This document shows positions 58,580-64,000 of a DNA stretch of 64,000 nt, one piece after another. The DNA is taken from positions 3,136,001 to 3,200,000 of the forward strand of contig OZ251518.1 in NCBI GenBank assembly GCA_965242965.1, read 5' to 3'. Every line of letters begins with the position of its first letter. The first letter of the stretch is position 1. Under the pieces are notes generated by a model. The model worked only from the letters and a program-made list of their open reading frames with translations, did no database searches and was not told the origin of the DNA. The position numbers were made by a program, and so were the translations under genes. This DNA comes from Candidatus Poribacteria bacterium (GTDB lineage Bacteria; Poribacteria; WGA-4E; WGA-3G).

Positions 58580-59953
58580 ATGAAAAACGCGCGGGGCGAT
58601 TTAACACAAGGCAATCTCCTAAAACACCTCTTACGGCTCGCAGTGCCGTTAACGCTGAGCAATATCCTGCAAGATGCCTTTAACATCGTGGATATGATTT
58701 TCGTCGGGAGATTAGGCCCCGAAGCTATCGCCGCAGTTGGCGTGAGCGGCAATTTGCTGCGGCTTGTGGGCGTTCTCTCACTCGGCATCTCCACAGGAAG
58801 TGGCGTGATGGTAGCGCAGTATCTTGGTGCAAAGAACCAGGCTCAGGCAGAACATGTCGCCATGCAGGCGATTTTGCTCTCTCTCTTTTTTTCTATCGGC
58901 ATCGCGCTCATCGGCTATCCGCTAGCGGAGCAAGGATTACTTACCGTTCGTATGACAGACCCGGGTGTGTTACGTCTCGGCACAACCTATATGCATATCA
59001 TCCTCGCCGGCATCAGCGCGATGTTCCTGTCAATGACACTCGGTTCTATTTTCCGTGCTGGTGGTGATGCCGTTACGCCGATGGTAGTGCTGATTTTCTC
59101 GACGGTGATTAACATCGCGCTGGATCCGTTGCTGATTTTCGGGATATGGGGATTTCCGAGGTTAGGCGTGGCTGGTTCGGCATATTCGACGCTTATCGGG
59201 AGAGGCATCGGCGCGACTGTCTTGCTCTACTTGTGCTGGAGCGGCCGCGCGCCGCTCTCGTTGCGTAACGTCGAATTCCGCGCCGATTTAGTGGAAATGC
59301 TTGACATTTTACGGCTCGGCATTTATAGTTCTATGCAAGGGTTCTGGCGGCACCTCTCGCGGCTCGGTTTCCTGTGGGTAATCGGGCCGTTTGGGAAGCA
59401 CGTCGTCGCGGCATATACGATTTGCATGCGGCTTCGGATTCTAGTGATGAACCCCGGTTTCGGTATTTCGCACGCCGTCTCGCCGATGGTAGGACAGAAT
59501 CTCGGCGCGAATCAACTAGAGCGCGCCGAGAAATCGACGCGGGTTGCCACCCTAGTCGGCGCGACAGTGATGACGCTGATCGGCGCGCTTTTCCTCTTTT
59601 TCCCGGAGATGTTCATCAGGATTTTCGCGCCCGATGAACCGGATGTTGTTGAGATAGGCGCGGTTTACCTGCAATTTTTAGCCCCGACGTTCGGCTTTAT
59701 CGCTCTTTCGTTGGTGCTAGGGCGCGCCTTAAACGGTGCCGGTGACACATTCTCACCGATGGTGATTACGCTGGCGGCGCAAATCGGTGTCGGTTTAGGG
59801 CTCGTCATCGTGTTATCGCACTTCATCGGTTTGAAAGGGGTTTGGCTCGGCATCGCGCTCTCGAACGTCGTGCAGGGCCTCGCAATGTGGCTCTGGTATC
59901 GCACCGGCAGGTGGAAGAGGAAAAGTGTTATCAAAAAAAGTAGGAGGAACTAA
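58580..59953 (+). CDS. MATE family efflux transporter
   Basis: DLTQGN..LAVPL, VDMIFVGRLG..AIAAVG, NIALDPLLIFG..LGVAGSA; about 12 TMs. Confidence 0.92.
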   Translation: MKNARGDLTQGNLLKHLLRLAVPLTLSNILQDAFNIVDMIFVGRLGPEAIAAVGVSGNLLRLVGVLSLGISTGSGVMVAQYLGAKNQAQAEHVAMQAILLSLFFSIGIALIGYPLAEQGLLTVRMTDPGVLRLGTTYMHIILAGISAMFLSMTLGSIFRAGGDAVTPMVVLIFSTVINIALDPLLIFGIWGFPRLGVAGSAYSTLIGRGIGATVLLYLCWSGRAPLSLRNVEFRADLVEMLDILRLGIYSSMQGFWRHLSRLGFLWVIGPFGKHVVAAYTICMRLRILVMNPGFGISHAVSPMVGQNLGANQLERAEKSTRVATLVGATVMTLIGALFLFFPEMFIRIFAPDEPDVVEIGAVYLQFLAPTFGFIALSLVLGRALNGAGDTFSPMVITLAAQIGVGLGLVIVLSHFIGLKGVWLGIALSNVVQGLAMWLWYRTGRWKRKSVIKKSRRN

Positions 59954-59955
59954 AC

Positions 59956-60789
59956 GTGACTTACAAAGGCTACGAGAACCCGCAGCTGGTGATTACCGCT
60001 GAGGCGTTGAAAGACGAACTGGACAAGGACATGTTCTGTGTCGTTGATACGCGGCCGACGTATGAATATATCCGTGGGCATATACCCGGGGCGTTGCACT
60101 TGGATCTTTTTGGGTTGAGTTTGACAGATACCCGCATGGAGACGTTTGATACCTTTATGGGGATGATGGCGTATCTGTTCCAACAGCGTGGACTTGACCC
60201 GGGTAAGCCCATCGTCTGGTATGAGGACATTTCTGGGACGCGTGCCTCGCGCGGTTTTTGGTTCTGTGAATACATGGGGCATCCTGAGCCGCGGCTGCTG
60301 GATGGCGGGTTTAAAGCATGGCTCGCTGCGGAGGGCCCTGTCAGCACGTCCGGGGCGGCGCCGCCTGATGTGCCGCTGTTTCCCATCCAAGCGAAGCACG
60401 ATACGCACATGAACGTTGACTTGATTCGGCTGCTGTTGCACCGGGACGATTTCGTGCCGTTGGATACGCGCACGCCGGATGAGCACTACGGCAGAGTTGC
60501 TCGTGCAGCGCGCGCTGGCTCCATCCCCGGCTCCATCCACATCGAGTGGATTGACAACCTCGACGAGAATGGTGCCTTCAAACCAGCGGATGAACTTCGC
60601 GCGATGTATGCGGATGTCGGCATCACCCCAGACAAGCAGGTAATGTGTTACTGACAGGGTGGGTACCGCTCTTCCCAGTCCTATTTGGCGTTGCGGCTTT
60701 TGGGCTATCCGAGAGTAAGCAACTACATCGGTTCGTGGAAAGAGTGGGGAGACCGGCTGGATTTGCCGGTCGAAGTGCCGCAGGCGTAA
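59956..60789 (+). CDS. Tandem-domain rhodanese/sulfurtransferase with in-frame TGA (probable selenocysteine) at the active site
   Basis: GHIPGA, LDGG, GSIPGS; TGA at 60652 in [35 protein letters not shown]; frame continues to TAA 60787-60789. Confidence 0.88.
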
Positions 60790-60954
60790 TGAACTACTGG
60801 GGGCGCGCTTGGCAAGCGCGCCCCCCAGTACCTGCGTGGTGACAAACCGCGCTAGCAAAAAAACTTGACAGTTCCCCGGACATCATGATAAAATATTGAC
60901 ATTAGGTAAAACACCGTTAAGGTTCGCGAGTTACCTAAAAAAAGGAGCATTTTC

Positions 60955-61455
60955 GTGCAAGAAGAACGTAAGTCGCTATTCAGCGTCAGAGACGTAGAAA
61001 CCGCTATCGTTCATTTCGGAATAATGGAGTTGATTTATCCGTTCCTTATCATCGGATACGTTCTCATCAAAGGCGGGTATACGCCGCTGGAGACGTTATT
61101 TCTCATTTTGAGAAATTTTCCGCTGTGTATGCAAATAGGGATAGGGCTTATCATCTTCAAGGAGGCAGTAGATATCATGCTATTCAGACGTTGGAGTGAA
61201 GCCAAAGCCGACTTTGCCGTCCAACTTGAACAGGCAAAAACCGAGGGCATCGCCGAGGGCATCGCCAAGGGCAAAGTCGAAGGCATCGCCGAGGGCAAAA
61301 CCGAAGGAAGAGCCGAAGGCAAAGCTGAGGGCAAAGCTGAGGGCATCGCCGAGGGCGTTGCAGAACGGGACCGGCAGTGGGCTGCGTGGAATAACCGCCG
61401 CATCGAGGCGGAAGCCAAGGGCGAACCCTTTCACGAACCACCGCCGCATCCGTAA
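60955..61455 (+). CDS. Two-TM protein with EGKA-repeat tail; internal AAGGAGG-ATG at 61177
   Basis: TTGACA(60865)-18-TAAAAT promoter, AAGGAG RBS, two hydrophobic segments, WAAWNNRRIEAEAKGEPFHEPPP. Confidence 0.75.
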   Translation: MQEERKSLFSVRDVETAIVHFGIMELIYPFLIIGYVLIKGGYTPLETLFLILRNFPLCMQIGIGLIIFKEAVDIMLFRRWSEAKADFAVQLEQAKTEGIAEGIAKGKVEGIAEGKTEGRAEGKAEGKAEGIAEGVAERDRQWAAWNNRRIEAEAKGEPFHEPPPHP

Positions 61456-61540
61456 CAACCCCGGTGCGAGGGGAGAAGAACGGGGGCACTGCCCCCGTTT
61501 CTCGGATAAATCCTGCATCTTCAAGGAGGCAGTAGATATC

Positions 61541-61807
61541 ATGCTATTCAGACGTTGGAGTGAAGCCAAAGCCGACTTTGCCGTCCAGCTTGAACAGGCA
61601 AAAACTGAGGGCATCGCCGAGGGCAAAGCCGAAGGAAGAGCCGAGGGTAAAGCCGAAGGCATCGCCGAGGGCAAAGCTGAGGGCAAAGCCGAAGGTAAAG
61701 CCGAAGGCGTTGCAGAACGTGACCGGCAGTGGGCTGCGTGGAATAACCGCCGCATCGAGGCGGAAGCCAAAGGCGAATCATTTCACGAACCACCGCCGCA
61801 TCCGTAA
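61541..61807 (+). CDS. Stand-alone duplicate of the C-terminal cassette of 60955..61455 (88 aa)
   Basis: Homology begins at about 61516 (catcttcAAGGAGG...ATG); one fewer 4-aa repeat; same downstream hairpin. Confidence 0.75.
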   Translation: MLFRRWSEAKADFAVQLEQAKTEGIAEGKAEGRAEGKAEGIAEGKAEGKAEGKAEGVAERDRQWAAWNNRRIEAEAKGESFHEPPPHP

Positions 61808-61879
61808 CAACCTCAGTGCGGCGCGAGATGAGAAGAACGGGGGCACTGCCCCCGTTCTCTCGCGCCGCTGTCACTCTCG

Positions 61880-63103
61880 CTAAAAAAACTGCGCCATCAC
61901 CGTCTCACCAACTGTTAACGTTGTGCCCGTGGGAATCGTAATCAAGCCGTTCGCTAGCACCAACGAATGGAGGATGCCGGAACCCTGCGGGCCCGTCGTC
62001 CTCGCAGTCCATCTGCCATCTTCCTCGGAGAGGATGGCGCGCATGTAATTCACACGTCCGTCTCTGTTGACGACATTTTCGGCGAGCGTCGCCTTGAAGG
62101 TGGGACGCAGCAACGCCGAATGTCCCGCCATTTTCAGCAGTGCGGGCCGCACGAAAAGTTCAAACACGACTAACGAGGAGACCGGATTGCCAGGCAACCC
62201 AAAAATCGGTTTGCCATCGGCGATGCCGTATGCCTGCGGTTTGCCCGGTTTCATCGCGACGCGCCAGAAGTGCATCTCGCCCAATTTCTCCAAGACAGTC
62301 TTCACCACATCATATTCGCCTACCGAAACGCCGCCGCTGGTGATGAGCGCGTCCGCTTGCGAGAGTGCGGCACGGAAAATCTGTTCTGTTTCTGTCACGT
62401 CATCGGGCGCGATGCCCATGTCTATTGGGATGCCGCCCGCCTCTTTCACCTGCGCATAGATGCCATAGCGGTTGCTATCTCGGATCTTTCCGGGTGCAAG
62501 CGGTTCACCGAGCGGCGTGAGTTCATCGCCGGTTGAGACAATCGCGACGGTGGGTTTTCGATGCACCGTCACTTCGGCGCAATTAAGGGAAGCAAGCATT
62601 GAGATTTCGGGGGGACGGAGATGCTTGCCCAGCTCCATCACCAGCGCACCGTTCTTCACACTCTCCCCGGCGAAACGGACGTTTTCGTTTTCGTCTACGC
62701 CTTCAAAGATATTGACAACGGCAGAATCAGTAGCGGCGTTCTTGTCCATCGCTGTTACTTCTTGCATGACGACAGCATCCGCGCCCCGGGGCATCATCGC
62801 TCCTGTCATGATGCGCGCCGCTTGCCCGCTGCCGACAGGTTTCGTCGGCGCGGCACCGGCGGCGAGCGTCTCAACAATAGAGAGGACAGCCGGTTCTGCT
62901 TCGGACGCGTCTTTCACATCAGCGGAGCGGACAGCAAACCCGTCCATCGCCGAATTGTCAAACGGCGGGATATCTTCGCTAGCATGGAGGGCTTCAGCGA
63001 GGACATAGCCGTGGCAGTTAAAGATGTCGCGTTTTTCTGTCGGTAAAACAGGAATAGTGGCGAGCATCCGCTGGCGGGCTTCTTGAACAGTAAGCATCTT
63101 CAT
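61880..63103 (-). CDS. moeA: Molybdopterin molybdenumtransferase
   Basis: PPFDNSAMDGFA, IMTGA, STGDEL, DSN, TSGGVSVG, MKPGKP, GLPGNPVS. Confidence 0.95.
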   Translation of the reverse strand: MKMLTVQEARQRMLATIPVLPTEKRDIFNCHGYVLAEALHASEDIPPFDNSAMDGFAVRSADVKDASEAEPAVLSIVETLAAGAAPTKPVGSGQAARIMTGAMMPRGADAVVMQEVTAMDKNAATDSAVVNIFEGVDENENVRFAGESVKNGALVMELGKHLRPPEISMLASLNCAEVTVHRKPTVAIVSTGDELTPLGEPLAPGKIRDSNRYGIYAQVKEAGGIPIDMGIAPDDVTETEQIFRAALSQADALITSGGVSVGEYDVVKTVLEKLGEMHFWRVAMKPGKPQAYGIADGKPIFGLPGNPVSSLVVFELFVRPALLKMAGHSALLRPTFKATLAENVVNRDGRVNYMRAILSEEDGRWTARTTGPQGSGILHSLVLANGLITIPTGTTLTVGETVMAQFF

Positions 63104-63104
63104 T

Positions 63105-63626
63105 TTACCGCCCTACCTCCCATGCCAAATGTTGGAGTTCCGGTCCGATGAGTTTTTCCCATGCCAACTGCACGGCGGCGGTGGAACCGGGTGTGGAAAT
63201 AACCACGGTGCCGCGATAGACACCGGCTGTCGCGCGAGAAAGCATGGCAGCGGCACCCACCTGCTCATAACTGAACATTCGGAAAAGTTCGCCGAAGCCG
63301 GGAAGCGTCTTCTCTAACTTGCGGTTGAGGATGTCAAACGTCGTATCGCGCGGGGCGATGCCGGTGCCACCGTTGAATAAGATGACGCGCGCATCGCTGG
63401 CCGCCATCTCATCTAACACCGCCGCCACCTGTGCCGGTTCATCTTTGATAATCTGGTATGCAACCACGCTGTTTCCTTCCGCCGCTAATTGTTCGCGGAG
63501 AAAGGCCGCGTTTTTGTCCGTTTCCGGCGTGCGCGTATCGCTGACGGTGACGATTGCGACAGCAACGGGGCCCTGTTCGGTTGCCATTTCTCGATGTTGT
63601 TGCGTGCTAGTGGAACGTGTTGTCAT
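63105..63626 (-). CDS. moaB: MoaB/MogA molybdenum cofactor biosynthesis protein
   Basis: [36 protein letters not shown]. Confidence 0.9.
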   Translation of the reverse strand: MTTRSTSTQQHREMATEQGPVAVAIVTVSDTRTPETDKNAAFLREQLAAEGNSVVAYQIIKDEPAQVAAVLDEMAASDARVILFNGGTGIAPRDTTFDILNRKLEKTLPGFGELFRMFSYEQVGAAAMLSRATAGVYRGTVVISTPGSTAAVQLAWEKLIGPELQHLAWEVGR

Positions 63627-63661
63627 ATTTTTCTCCTGAATTTGAGGGGGTAAGCGCGCTT

Positions 63662-64000
63662 TTATTGATTGGGATACCCACGTTTAAGATGTTTGGGCAT
63701 CTGATAAAAACGTCCCCCTGTCTTCCCTGCGAGTGTTGTCTGAAAATCGTTGGGCAGCGGGTGCCCGATGACATACGCACGGATGCCGAGGGACTGACAG
63801 ACTTCAATTGCGCGTTCCGGGGGATAACTGCCTGTCGTCGGTTCATCGGTTAAGATGAGCAGGAAGCGGCTGGCGTAAGGACTGAATTTCACCTTCGGCA
63901 CGCCTTCGACAATGGCATCAATGAGATGTTCGTCGCCGCCGAACGGTGCTTCCATGAGACTCTCCAGCATCGCTTCGTTGAGGGGCATCGGTGTGATAAC
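63662..64000 (-). CDS. vWA-domain protein, C-terminal part (truncated by the window edge)
   Basis: [33 protein letters not shown]. Confidence 0.65.
   Translation of the reverse strand, partial: VITPMPLNEAMLESLMEAPFGGDEHLIDAIVEGVPKVKFSPYASRFLLILTDEPTTGSYPPERAIEVCQSLGIRAYVIGHPLPNDFQTTLAGKTGGRFYQMPKHLKRGYPNQ

Noticed and set aside
59956-60654. Truncated rhodanese pseudogene
   Set aside because: The stop is TGA exactly at the catalytic position and the downstream frame is intact and conserved, which favours Sec recoding.

Overview
This is a GC-rich bacterial chromosomal window. The C-terminal 'GKATTTWGDLK' motif, lamin-tail/Ig surface protein and dense GTAG palindromes suggest Candidatus Poribacteria or a relative (inference). 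Housekeeping genes include a dcw cluster (rsmH-ftsL-ftsI-murE-hydrolase-murF-ddl-mraY-murD-ftsW-murG-murC-ftsQ-ftsA-//-ftsZ), rnpB, class II RNR nrdJ, moaB/moeA, a MATE pump, a hydantoinase B and a type IIG/ISP-like RM enzyme. Accessory DNA includes a REP-associated tyrosine transposase (RAYT) inside REP arrays, several REP/MITE families (some inserted in frame in genes), a GxxExxY nuclease beside an array of 9-bp repeats and hairpins, and several tandem paralog arrays. The best candidate for an undescribed system is a dispersed family of eight two-TM membrane proteins. Each has an internal Shine-Dalgarno and in-frame ATG right after the last TM helix, which would yield a separate coiled-coil C-terminal protein. 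At three loci that tail is also duplicated downstream as stand-alone ORFs starting at the internal start. An Rpn-family nuclease in the window shows the same architecture, and Rpn proteins are known to use an intragenic C-terminal antitoxin. A rhodanese also has an in-frame TGA at its catalytic Cys position, so it is probably a selenoprotein. All calls come from reading motifs by eye; no database searches were run.
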